Shown here piece by piece: positions 7,763 to 16,608 of a stretch of 64,000 nucleotides of DNA. The notes beneath the pieces were generated by a model. The model was not told the origin of the DNA and made no database searches. It saw nothing but the letters and a program-made list of their open reading frames with translations. Position 1 is the stretch's first letter. The number at the start of each line of letters is the position of its first letter. Source of the stretch: a virus (Duplodnaviria > Caudoviricetes); the IMG/VR virus record IMGVR_UViG_3300022555_000004. One strand, given 5' to 3'. A program made the translations under genes and the position numbers.

Positions 7763-7871
7763 TTGTATGGTTGGGGTGCTGGATGTTTGCGATCCAGATC
7801 CTGACTGTTTTTTTGAGAGGAATTGCGCCTCTATTGTAGGATAACTATTAATTTTTCCCAACTCATAATTC

Positions 7872-7900
7872 AGTATAACAAACTTTGATATGTTTGTCAA
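7872..7900 (-). promoter_or_regulatory. sigma70 promoter pointing into the ncRNA block
   Basis: TTGACA-17bp-TATACT. Confidence 0.75.
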
Positions 7901-8128
7901 CTATTTTAATTTTTTAAATCTAATTTTTATTTGTGGTAGGGATCAACCCATTTTCGTGAATATTACCAAAATAATTGTTAGACTCAATTCCCTGAGGCTT
8001 TTGGAGAACCAATCTTTATAGGTAACTGACGTATCGTGTTGACTATCGTAACTGACCGTCTGATGTGGTTCCCTCACTCATTAAATACATTATAACACAC
8101 TAAAATCAATATGTCAATGATTATTTTT

Positions 8129-8335
8129 TTAATATTTTAAACTCTTGGATATATCATCGGGATTTTCTTTTCCTATGATATCCAATACATTTTTATATGC
8201 TTCAATACTTCTCACGGCATGAAATATAATAGCGGATACTTTAGCCCCGTCTTTACATGCCTGATAGAACAACGCACCTTCCCTTGTTGCTTCTCCGTAT
8301 TTTCTTTTTATCTCCATTTTCTTGATTGTTTCCAT
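8129..8335 (-). CDS. hypothetical protein
   Basis: Tiling ORF. Confidence 0.5.
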   Translation of the reverse strand: METIKKMEIKRKYGEATREGALFYQACKDGAKVSAIIFHAVRSIEAYKNVLDIIGKENPDDISKSLKY

Positions 8336-8584
8336 TTAAATATCTCCATTGTTATCAATAAACAAATTAACTAATTCAAAGGCCGGTTTATGGTCACGAT
8401 AAAATGCTTCACCATAAACATTGGCGACTGTTACATTAACAATCTTTTTATCAGGTAAAATAAAACTGATAAAGGTCACAGTCCTATCACTAAAAGGGGA
8501 TCGTATTTCTTGTATCTTACACCCATACCCAATAGCCTTCAATGATTTTCGTAAACTTAATTTTTGCTTGTTTGTATATTTCAT
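8336..8584 (-). CDS. hypothetical protein
   Basis: Tiling ORF. Confidence 0.55.
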   Translation of the reverse strand: MKYTNKQKLSLRKSLKAIGYGCKIQEIRSPFSDRTVTFISFILPDKKIVNVTVANVYGEAFYRDHKPAFELVNLFIDNNGDI

Positions 8585-8585
8585 T

Positions 8586-9035
8586 TTATTTAATCCTCTT
8601 TATAATATTTCTCAATTGAACTCTTTTTTCAATTGTGCCATATCTGATTATAACACACTTCAATGTGGTTCGTAATACCTCATGCGTGCTAACACGGCTA
8701 CCAACTTTGATGCGAACATAGTAACCACGGCCAACATAGTTTTGGTTGGCCATAAATCCCATTTCCCACAATGATTTAGGAAATAATTTTTCCCATCTAT
8801 TAATGGTTGGTCTTGTAGTATTCTGCCACGAAAAAGTAGTGGATTGTGCCGTTCTATCAGTAGGTGTTGCCTTGATAAAACCCCAAGAAATCCCCAAACG
8901 TCTCAACGCATCTGGATTGCTTTTACAAGCATTCACTTGTTGCGCCTTGACCAAAGCATCCTTCATTTCAGGATGAATGTCTGGATGAACCAATCTAATT
9001 AAATCTCTGTATATTGTAGTAGGTGTAAAAGTCAT
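8586..9035 (-). CDS. J-domain-like protein
   Basis: N-terminal IYRDLIRLVHPD (HPD motif). Confidence 0.6.
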   Translation of the reverse strand: MTFTPTTIYRDLIRLVHPDIHPEMKDALVKAQQVNACKSNPDALRRLGISWGFIKATPTDRTAQSTTFSWQNTTRPTINRWEKLFPKSLWEMGFMANQNYVGRGYYVRIKVGSRVSTHEVLRTTLKCVIIRYGTIEKRVQLRNIIKRIK

Positions 9036-9121
9036 TGTTTTAACCCTTTCTTTACTTTTTCCTTTGATTATAACATAAATTGTTCATCATGTCAAGGATT
9101 ATTAAACCCTTAACATTCATA

Positions 9122-9511
9122 TTATTCCTTATTGTTTTCCACCGGAATATCACGTTCTGATTCTAACTTGAATGTATAATGTGTCAAAAAAGATGCGATA
9201 GGTTTTGACCGTTGAATGTATAATACATTGTCTTTTGCGTTATAATATTTGGCAGCCGTTGATGAAATAAGAGATTCGCCAGTATCATAAACAACATATG
9301 TGCCGGCCCTAGCGATTTTTGACGGATCAACTTTGATATAATCATATTTCAATGTAACAGAAACACACAATAGAACACATAACCATACCCAAAAAAAAGC
9401 AAACATGCCCCCTACAAGGCCATCATCACTAATCATTGCCCATGCAATCAATATAGCAAAAACAACGACTAATACAATTGCTGTTACAATTCCACTAATT
9501 TCTACAAACAT
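9122..9511 (-). CDS. membrane protein
   Basis: Two N-terminal hydrophobic segments. Confidence 0.6.
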   Translation of the reverse strand: MFVEISGIVTAIVLVVVFAILIAWAMISDDGLVGGMFAFFWVWLCVLLCVSVTLKYDYIKVDPSKIARAGTYVVYDTGESLISSTAAKYYNAKDNVLYIQRSKPIASFLTHYTFKLESERDIPVENNKE

Positions 9512-9512
9512 T

Positions 9513-9770
9513 TTATTCCCCCTTTTCTTCTGGTATCAATTCTTTATATAGGGCGTCATCATCCCATACTCGTTCACACACGAATTTCTTTTTCTTGACT
9601 TCTGTGTTCAAATATTTCCCGATAGACTCTGCCAATAACAATTCATCATATACGGTTTCCGGTATATCAATATACTTATACAGTCCGCCGTTTTTAAATA
9701 ATACTATCAAAGTGTTATTCTCATATCCAACACTTTTTACATTTGAACTTTCAACATTTATTAATTTCAT
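9513..9770 (-). CDS. KTSC-domain protein
   Basis: VESSNVKSVGY...L.V.FKNGGLY.Y..IP..VY..LL.A.S.G.Y. Confidence 0.85.
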   Translation of the reverse strand: MKLINVESSNVKSVGYENNTLIVLFKNGGLYKYIDIPETVYDELLLAESIGKYLNTEVKKKKFVCERVWDDDALYKELIPEEKGE

Positions 9771-9835
9771 TTTGTTCTCCTATAATTTAATATTTTATTA
9801 TTTTATTTTACCACAAAAAATTAAATTTGTCAATT

Positions 9836-10120
9836 TTAATATACGTCTTCACTGTAAAGTAGCCCACCACGATACCCACCAGAATATGATGGAATACCAG
9901 CATCAATTTGAAGTTTATATCCATCTGCCCTATTGACAAATCTGTTACAAGATGTCATAAACCCCTGATCGCTATTTTTGAAACATCTGTTTCGTTGATA
10001 AATTAAAAATATGCAATCCGAATGTCGGTGGCCACGCCAAATATATCCGGTGTCATCCTTAACGGCAGCACATATACAAATTTCTTTATTCATTTTGTTG
10101 TCCTCTGTTTCTTTATCCAT
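9836..10120 (-). CDS. conserved phage hypothetical protein
   Basis: ICAAV...GHRH.DC...QGF.T...RFV.R...LYSED. Confidence 0.7.
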   Translation of the reverse strand: MDKETEDNKMNKEICICAAVKDDTGYIWRGHRHSDCIFLIYQRNRCFKNSDQGFMTSCNRFVNRADGYKLQIDAGIPSYSGGYRGGLLYSEDVY

Positions 10121-10290
10121 CCATCAAACAAGTCTTTAACTTCACGTTCATTCATTCCCATTATTTCAAAGAAAGCCTTACGTTCAGCATCATTTTTATT
10201 AAACCCACGAATCATTAATTCATCTGTTCGTTCTGTCAAATACGTGTATGCGTATCGTAAAAACCAATCTGTTTTTCTTATCGCTTTCAT
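10090..10290 (-). CDS. hypothetical protein
   Basis: Tiling ORF with GGAGG SD. Confidence 0.5.
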   Translation of the reverse strand: MKAIRKTDWFLRYAYTYLTERTDELMIRGFNKNDAERKAFFEIMGMNEREVKDLFDGWIKKQRTTK

Positions 10291-10299
10291 AGTCGCCTC

Positions 10300-10845
10300 C
10301 TATATCGTATATCGTAAATCCGACCAATCAATCAAATATTCACATTCAAATTCTTTCATTTTGTTTTTTAGTGCCACAACGTCCTGACGAATTTTCATAT
10401 ATTCATCGAACCATTCATCGGTATGTTCCACGGCGTTACGATATTTCACATAGGTATCCAGTTGGGTGTAATATCGTTCATTTTGTTTCCTGACATAATC
10501 CATATTAAGTGTTTGCCTTTTTTGGCCATCACTCAATCGAAGCGTCAATGTTTTATTGCCCTTTGCCATAGTAAGCTCAAGACCATTCCATCCCTTCCTG
10601 ATGTATAAATTAAAATCACCTGAAATTGTCAATCGAAGACGGTCAATTAATCGTTTGGTAATTAATTTGCCATTCCAAGACGCCAATGCTGGGTCAAGGA
10701 TGTTGATCATATATGTCGTTGCTTCAATGTTATCCATATATTCTTTTAATTTGGTTTTCAATTCTTCTCTTTTAGTCATATATATTTCCTCGTTTTTATT
10801 TGTATTATACACGAAAACATAGTGTTTGTCAAGGAAATTCTTCAA
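10300..10845 (-). CDS. hypothetical protein (true start probably MTKREEL)
   Basis: Long ORF; a promoter lies inside the 5' extension given in the track. Confidence 0.6.
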   Translation of the reverse strand: MKNFLDKHYVFVYNTNKNEEIYMTKREELKTKLKEYMDNIEATTYMINILDPALASWNGKLITKRLIDRLRLTISGDFNLYIRKGWNGLELTMAKGNKTLTLRLSDGQKRQTLNMDYVRKQNERYYTQLDTYVKYRNAVEHTDEWFDEYMKIRQDVVALKNKMKEFECEYLIDWSDLRYTI

Positions 10846-10976
10846 CTGTTGGCTGTGCCGTTGGAACTCGCCACAAATTCAGACAGGCAATGGGTTTCCG
10901 AGGGTATAAAATACTTGACAAAAGGGCTCTTATAGTGTATGATGTTCATATAAAATAAAGAAAAGAGGATATAAAA

Positions 10977-11129
10977 ATGGATTGGTTAAATTATACTGAC
11001 TATGTGCCTAATACATTTCCAGATATTTTTAAATTGTTAGATTCGAGAGATTATCGTTCCCATAATTTTTATGAACGATATACAGGCAAAAGTAAGAAAT
11101 TCAAGAAGAACAAACGAAAAGGTAAATAA
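10977..11129 (+). CDS. small basic protein (50 aa)
   Basis: MDWLNYTDY...KSKKFKKNKRKGK after a TTGACA promoter and AGAGGA SD. Confidence 0.5.
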   Translation: MDWLNYTDYVPNTFPDIFKLLDSRDYRSHNFYERYTGKSKKFKKNKRKGK

Positions 11130-11146
11130 TCCTTGACTTATAAGGA

Positions 11147-11545
11147 TTGTTGTGTTATTATGTAAAAAGAAATGAGGAAAAGACTATGGCAAATTTTGAA
11201 GGTGTAACAGCAAGTAATTCTCCGGCAATTAAACCGGATAAAATAGATAAAATTAAGGAAATCGTTGATAGGTATTGTTTGAATGAATTGGCATGTGGTG
11301 TTCGTGATGGGTGCCTTGAATTATATGGATACGATTTTTTCTATGTATCTGCCAATGAACCGAATGATATGGATGATGAATACGACAAAACTGATAATTT
11401 CTTGAAAGAAATTGCTCCACTATTACTTGAAAAATTGGTTATTCAAAGTGTTGGGTCGGAGAAATGTCGGTTTCCACTGGCGGCACAGGAAATTGTAGTG
11501 TTGCCTAATGGTGATATTACATATAATGGATTTAAGGGAGAATAA
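11147..11545 (+). CDS. hypothetical protein
   Basis: ORF after sigma70 promoter. Confidence 0.6.
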   Translation: MLCYYVKRNEEKTMANFEGVTASNSPAIKPDKIDKIKEIVDRYCLNELACGVRDGCLELYGYDFFYVSANEPNDMDDEYDKTDNFLKEIAPLLLEKLVIQSVGSEKCRFPLAAQEIVVLPNGDITYNGFKGE

Positions 11546-11548
11546 GAT

Positions 11549-11761
11549 ATGACAGCAATACAGGATATAGAAAACACAAAGAAACGGTTGATTGCCCGAG
11601 CGGCTAAAAGGGGTATATGGGAGAATTTTGGGCAAAAAGAACGCCGGAAATTACAAGATAAATATACACCAGAAATGTGTAAAAATGATGATTTTCATGA
11701 TGTTCATCGGGCAATTATGGAATTTGAACTATGGTGCATGAATTATGATGGAGGCAAATAA
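11549..11761 (+). CDS. hypothetical protein
   Basis: GIWENFGQKE.R.L..KY. Confidence 0.6.
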   Translation: MTAIQDIENTKKRLIARAAKRGIWENFGQKERRKLQDKYTPEMCKNDDFHDVHRAIMEFELWCMNYDGGK

Positions 11762-12134
11762 CATGAGAAATTCAATTAAATTATCGGAAAAACATGGTGT
11801 AAATCCAATGATACCAACATGTTTTTATTGTAATAAAGAGAAAAACGAAATAATACTATTTGGTAAATTACCTTATGATGAAAAGGCACCAATGACGGGT
11901 GTTATCAACATGGAACCTTGTGATGAATGTAAAGGATATATGGAAATGGGTATTATCCTTGTATCTGTAAGGAACGGCGAACCCCACGATAATCCATATC
12001 GCACTGGTGGTTGGGTGGTTATGAAAGAGGAAGCAGCAAAACAAATTTTCAATACTCTTGGAAAAAATCGTTTTGTTTTTGTTGAGGACGAAGCATGGGA
12101 TCAGTTGCAGTTGCCAAGGTCTTTAGATATTTAA
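11745..12134 (+). CDS. conserved phage Zn-ribbon-like protein
   Basis: HGVNP...CFYC...EPCDEC. Confidence 0.65.
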   Translation: MMEANNMRNSIKLSEKHGVNPMIPTCFYCNKEKNEIILFGKLPYDEKAPMTGVINMEPCDECKGYMEMGIILVSVRNGEPHDNPYRTGGWVVMKEEAAKQIFNTLGKNRFVFVEDEAWDQLQLPRSLDI

Positions 12135-12220
12135 TAAAAAAGATGGTTTTTATTGAAAAAAATGGTTGACAAAACAAATTCTATGGTGTAAGATAAAACT
12201 ATAAAAAAAATAAATGGAGG

Positions 12221-12574
12221 ATGTTAATTATGAACAAAGCTACTTTGATTGATTTTGTGGCCGCAGAAACAAGCATGACAAAGAAAGACGCACGCAGTGC
12301 GATTGAGGCCGTTATTGAGGGTATCGTTGAAGGATTGTCGTCTGACAATAAGGTTGCCCTTGTTGGTTTCGGCACGTTCCTGTTAGTGGATAAGAAAGCC
12401 CGAACAGCTCGCAATCCGAAAACAGGTGAGGCCGTTGAAGTACCGGCAAAGGTTGTTCCGAAATTCCGCCCATCGGCTACTCTTAAAGAGTATTTTGAAG
12501 GGTATGATCTCGGTGAAGACAACGATGTAGAGGAACTGGAAGATGTCGCCTCTGCTGATGAAGTCATTGCCTAA
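12221..12574 (+). CDS. hup: HU family DNA-binding protein
   Basis: MNKATLI...V.LVGFGTF...RTARNPKTGE...VPKFRPS..LK. Confidence 0.95.
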   Translation: MLIMNKATLIDFVAAETSMTKKDARSAIEAVIEGIVEGLSSDNKVALVGFGTFLLVDKKARTARNPKTGEAVEVPAKVVPKFRPSATLKEYFEGYDLGEDNDVEELEDVASADEVIA

Positions 12575-12590
12575 TCAGTAAAAGAATAAA

Positions 12591-12620
12591 AAGAGGGCGG
12601 GATTTCTCGCCCTCTTTTTT
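12591..12620 (+). terminator. intrinsic terminator
   Basis: AGAGGGCG-GGATTTCT-CGCCCTCT followed by T run. Confidence 0.8.
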
Positions 12621-12750
12621 ATTTACAATTTTATAAAATTAGGGTATAATTGATTAGAAAGGTAGAAAATATGAAGTGGCGGTATATTTTAATAGCGATA
12701 TGTCTTACATTGTTTTCAATGGCATTAAATAATGTCAATGAAATGACGTT

Positions 12751-13695
12751 GTGTATATTACTTGTTATGTGGCTACATCAGAAGGATGTGATGAAATGAT
12801 AAATGATAAACAGGCAATTTGGGTGTTCAAACATGAACCTACTGAATTTGAAGATATGGTTCTCAATGAGGATGTTCGTGGTAAATTAGGAAAGGCATTA
12901 GTTGAAATTCCAAATCTAATGTTAGTTGGCCCTGCTGGTGTTGGTAAAGGAACCTTTACACATATATTTTTGAAAAAAACAGGTCTTGATAGTCTTTGGG
13001 TAAATTGTTCTGATGAAACATCTATTGATAATATCAGAACAAAAGTGAAATCGTTCGCAACATCTTTGGGTATTACACCTTTGAAGGTTGTTGTATTGAA
13101 CGAATGTGATTTTCTATCGGTGCCCGGCCAAGCCATGCTTAGAGATTTGATTGAACAAGTCCAAAAAATTACACGGTTTATTATCATGTGTAATTATGGT
13201 CATAAGATAATTCCCGAATTACAATCTCGATGTCAGATTGTTGAATTAGGCAACCCACCTTTGAAGGATGTTGCTAAATTTGTTATGGGAATACTCAAAA
13301 AAGAAAAAGTGGTCATTGATAAAATAGAAACAGTGGTTGATACAGTAAAAAAATTATATCCAGATATTAGGTCAACCATCAATACACTACAATTGAATAC
13401 AGTCAATGGCTGTATTACAAATGTCAAACTGGAAAATACAACTGGCGTTTATGATAAAATATTGAACCTAGCAATGTCTTCTGACTTAGACGGTATAAGG
13501 AAAGCATTGAGGTCGAATACAATAAATTATACCGATTTATATCAATACTTTTTTGATAATGTCGGTGGGTTTAAGTCGCCGGGGGATGCCATCATTGAAA
13601 TCGCCGAAGCAATGTATCGTGATAGTATTATCGCAATCAAAGAAATCAATTTCATTTCATGTGTTTTGAAATTGATTAAAAAGGGTTGTATATGA
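12751..13695 (+). CDS. gp44: clamp loader large subunit (RFC/gp44-like AAA+)
   Basis: GPAGVGKGT, VVVLNECD, ELQSRC. Confidence 0.9.
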   Translation: MYITCYVATSEGCDEMINDKQAIWVFKHEPTEFEDMVLNEDVRGKLGKALVEIPNLMLVGPAGVGKGTFTHIFLKKTGLDSLWVNCSDETSIDNIRTKVKSFATSLGITPLKVVVLNECDFLSVPGQAMLRDLIEQVQKITRFIIMCNYGHKIIPELQSRCQIVELGNPPLKDVAKFVMGILKKEKVVIDKIETVVDTVKKLYPDIRSTINTLQLNTVNGCITNVKLENTTGVYDKILNLAMSSDLDGIRKALRSNTINYTDLYQYFFDNVGGFKSPGDAIIEIAEAMYRDSIIAIKEINFISCVLKLIKKGCI

Positions 13696-13934
13696 AATGC
13701 GATGGGCACATAAACATCAATTCCGGTGGCGCTCTTTGGAGGGCAACGTGTGACCTTGAAGAAGGACATGAAGGTTCTCATGTGTTTTATGGTGATAATT
13801 ATAAACTGACATGGCTTACACAGGCAAAGATGATTGAGAATTATAATCATGAAGTAGGTTTGTTATCGGACGAAGTAAAAGAAAATTGTAAAAGAAAACT
13901 AATGGTAGAAAATCTTGTAGAGAGTATATTTTAA
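13686..13934 (+). CDS. hypothetical protein
   Basis: Tiling ORF, C..C.L..GH.G.H. Confidence 0.5.
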   Translation: MYMKCDGHININSGGALWRATCDLEEGHEGSHVFYGDNYKLTWLTQAKMIENYNHEVGLLSDEVKENCKRKLMVENLVESIF

Positions 13935-14335
13935 TGGCTGAGAAAACCATATTCGATTATTTGAATAATATTTATTTGAAGGGCGATTTGAAGTACGATA
14001 AGAAATTAGCACCTGTTTATCTTATTTCATTATGGTTGTCCCATGATAAACAACTACTTGATATTGTTGACAAAATCAACGAGTTCCAGTTCTTTCTTCC
14101 AGACAATTTAATTTATGAATATTATTATCATAAGGTGCCTAAAGGAAAACGATATATAAAGTGGGTTAAAAAAGAAGAAGTTGATAAAAAGGAAAAGGAA
14201 AAATTTGATTCTATCCGCAAGGATATGATGTTATCAAAAAAGGAAATGTCTTATTTTCAATCGTTTACAAATCTATTGGAAAGTAATAAGATAAGTAAGA
14301 AAACAACAAAAAATGCATCATCAATATTTTTATAG
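13934..14335 (+). CDS. gp62: clamp loader small subunit (gp62-like)
   Basis: TIFDYLNNI...Y.Y...VPKGKRYIKW.K; adjacent to gp44. Confidence 0.75.
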   Translation: MAEKTIFDYLNNIYLKGDLKYDKKLAPVYLISLWLSHDKQLLDIVDKINEFQFFLPDNLIYEYYYHKVPKGKRYIKWVKKEEVDKKEKEKFDSIRKDMMLSKKEMSYFQSFTNLLESNKISKKTTKNASSIFL

Positions 14336-14347
14336 AAGGAGCAAAAA

Positions 14348-14605
14348 ATGATTATTAAACAGGATGTTAATGGAAATGTTTTGGAAATCCAATGTGATAT
14401 TTGCAAAGCACGGTTCGATGTTAAGGAAGAAATGGATGAATTTATCTGTTTCGATTATGTTATGGGTGAAGGCGCCCAGTATCCAGATAAACAAATTCAA
14501 GCGGATATTTGTCAGGATTGTTTTATTGAAGCATTCCCCACATTGTTTGAGGATGAAGAAGCAGAACCAGAAATGCCTATCACATTTAGCAATGAAGGAT
14601 ATTAA
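14348..14605 (+). CDS. hypothetical Zn-binding protein
   Basis: CDIC...DICQDC. Confidence 0.6.
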   Translation: MIIKQDVNGNVLEIQCDICKARFDVKEEMDEFICFDYVMGEGAQYPDKQIQADICQDCFIEAFPTLFEDEEAEPEMPITFSNEGY

Positions 14606-14623
14606 TAAGGAAATGGTGGAATA

Positions 14624-15373
14624 ATGTTAATCAACACAAGTGAATTAAAAACGTTTTTAAAAAAGGCCACGATCAACTACTGTATTGATAGTGTTCAGAT
14701 AAATTTGACAAAAGCCCTCGTAACATCAAAGATGATTTCGGCGGCCTCTGATGTAATTTCATTACTCAAATTACCTAATGAAATACTACCTAGCATGAAG
14801 GCCACGGATACATTGGTTCTGAATTTTGCTGAACCAAATACAAACATCGTTCCATACCTCAATCTTATTGATGATGATGTAGAAACAACGATAGCTATTA
14901 AGGATGAAAAAATTACATTGATTCAGGGGAAACAAAAATCCAATATGTTTTTTTGCTCGCCCCAAATGGTAAATGTTTTTGAGGCGGATAGTCCACGAGC
15001 TGATATTGATTACTTCAAAGTGATGGATATTGATGATGATTTTATTGAATCCTTCAATAAAATTAAAAAGATTGGGTCAAAATTTAATAAGATTTATTTT
15101 GGTGTTTTGGATAATGTGTTATATATAGAAGCATCGGATAAACAAAATAGATTTTCAAATGGATTGAGAATTGATTTATGTGACGTGACATATGATAATA
15201 TGTCCATGTGTTTTGATTTCAAAAATGTGGTCAATGTAATGTCGGTATTAGACATGGTTGATTTTACATGTCATTTTGCCTATGTTCCAGAACAAGAATT
15301 AGGTATGATATATATCGGAAATGAAAATGAAAGTGAAAAATACTATTTAATGAGTAAAAACGATGGTGTATAA
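14624..15373 (+). CDS. gp45: sliding clamp (gp45-like)
   Basis: ~250 aa, two-domain pattern, syntenic with gp44/gp62. Confidence 0.7.
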   Translation: MLINTSELKTFLKKATINYCIDSVQINLTKALVTSKMISAASDVISLLKLPNEILPSMKATDTLVLNFAEPNTNIVPYLNLIDDDVETTIAIKDEKITLIQGKQKSNMFFCSPQMVNVFEADSPRADIDYFKVMDIDDDFIESFNKIKKIGSKFNKIYFGVLDNVLYIEASDKQNRFSNGLRIDLCDVTYDNMSMCFDFKNVVNVMSVLDMVDFTCHFAYVPEQELGMIYIGNENESEKYYLMSKNDGV

Positions 15374-15417
15374 TTTCCTTGACAATTCAATAAAAATGGT
15401 GTATAATAGGTTTATAA

Positions 15418-15885
15418 TTGAATAAGAAAGGAAATGGAAAAATGACGGATAACATTTTTAATGTGTTATTTCTTGATTTTGACGGTGTTCTCAATAGGTA
15501 TGGTCATTTAAAGAGTTGTGGGCTTTTATCGAAAAATTGTATTTCAAAATTAAATACGATTGTGGAGCAAACAGAAAAGTTAAGGATTGTAATTTCAAGT
15601 TGTTGGAGGATGGGTCGTTCAGTTGAAGTGTTACGACATATCTTGAAAAATGGTGGATTTAAGTATTCAAATTTTATTATTGATACTACGTTGTTTGGTG
15701 TTGAACTGAGCACAAGGGGTGATGAAATTAAGGAATGGCTTAGTCGAAATAATCGTGTAAATAAATTTGTTATTATTGATGATAATTCTGATATGGCACC
15801 TTATATGGATCGATTGGTTCAAACCAATGGTAAAATGGGAATTACAGATAATGATGTAAATGAAGTTGTAAATTTGTTCAAATAG
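15418..15885 (+). CDS. HAD phosphatase, Swiss-army-knife RNA-repair type
   Basis: LFLDFDGVLN, IVISSCWR, FVIIDD. Confidence 0.85.
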   Translation: MNKKGNGKMTDNIFNVLFLDFDGVLNRYGHLKSCGLLSKNCISKLNTIVEQTEKLRIVISSCWRMGRSVEVLRHILKNGGFKYSNFIIDTTLFGVELSTRGDEIKEWLSRNNRVNKFVIIDDNSDMAPYMDRLVQTNGKMGITDNDVNEVVNLFK

Positions 15886-16079
15886 AAAGGATGACGTATG
15901 TGTAAAGGAAAGTTTTTTCATACTTGGGTAAATGGAGTGAGGCAAAAGCCGAACAATGGGTAAGAACGAATTATTTTCATGCCAGTGAACAATTTTTTTA
16001 TAAAATGTTCCAAAATAGGTATTGTGAACGATGTGGCAAATATACGAAAAGATATATTTTAGAAGATTAAAAAAATAAG

Positions 16080-16108
16080 TTGACAAACATGAATAAATAA
16101 GGTATAGT
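16080..16108 (+). promoter_or_regulatory. sigma70 promoter for Ubl
   Basis: TTGACA-17bp-TATAGT. Confidence 0.8.
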
Positions 16109-16139
16109 GTAGTTACAAAATTAAACAGGAGGTTATGTT

Positions 16140-16418
16140 ATGGAAAGAGAAGTTTGGGGTGGTGAAAATTTTCAGTATAATGAAGGCGCAATCCAAACTG
16201 GCATTATGGTAAACGGAACGACAATTCCGGTTGAACCAGGCGCTAGTTTTAGGGATACAATCAAAAACGTGTCGCTTGATGCGGGTTTTGGTAAGTATCG
16301 TGTGTTTCTGAACGGTGCTGAAATTCGTCCGTCTGAAGCGCCCGCTCTGTTCAACGCAGGCGATAAAGCCGAAGTGCGCGCATATGACGATGCCGGAGCT
16401 ATAATCCTTTGCCAGTAA
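16140..16418 (+). CDS. ubiquitin-like (beta-grasp) protein precursor
   Basis: IMVNG..IPV...YRVFLNG.EI...F.AGD..EV.AYDDAG plus a 6-aa extension; adjacent to E2/E1/JAB. Confidence 0.75.
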   Translation: MEREVWGGENFQYNEGAIQTGIMVNGTTIPVEPGASFRDTIKNVSLDAGFGKYRVFLNGAEIRPSEAPALFNAGDKAEVRAYDDAGAIILCQ

Positions 16419-16549
16419 GGATTTGGACGTTTAATTCATGGGTTTCGCGAAATCAGTGAAAAAAGGTTGTATATATTATGTATACAACCTTTTTACGTTG
16501 TATCCAATGGTATGCTGAACGATACGATATTGGTGGATAAAAATAAATG

Positions 16550-16578
16550 TTGACAAATGGAACAAAACGTGGTATTAT
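16550..16578 (+). promoter_or_regulatory. sigma70 promoter for E2-like gene
   Basis: TTGACA-17bp-TATTAT. Confidence 0.75.
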
Positions 16579-16608
16579 AAGAGAAAAAAATGAAGAGAGG
16601 ATATAACA

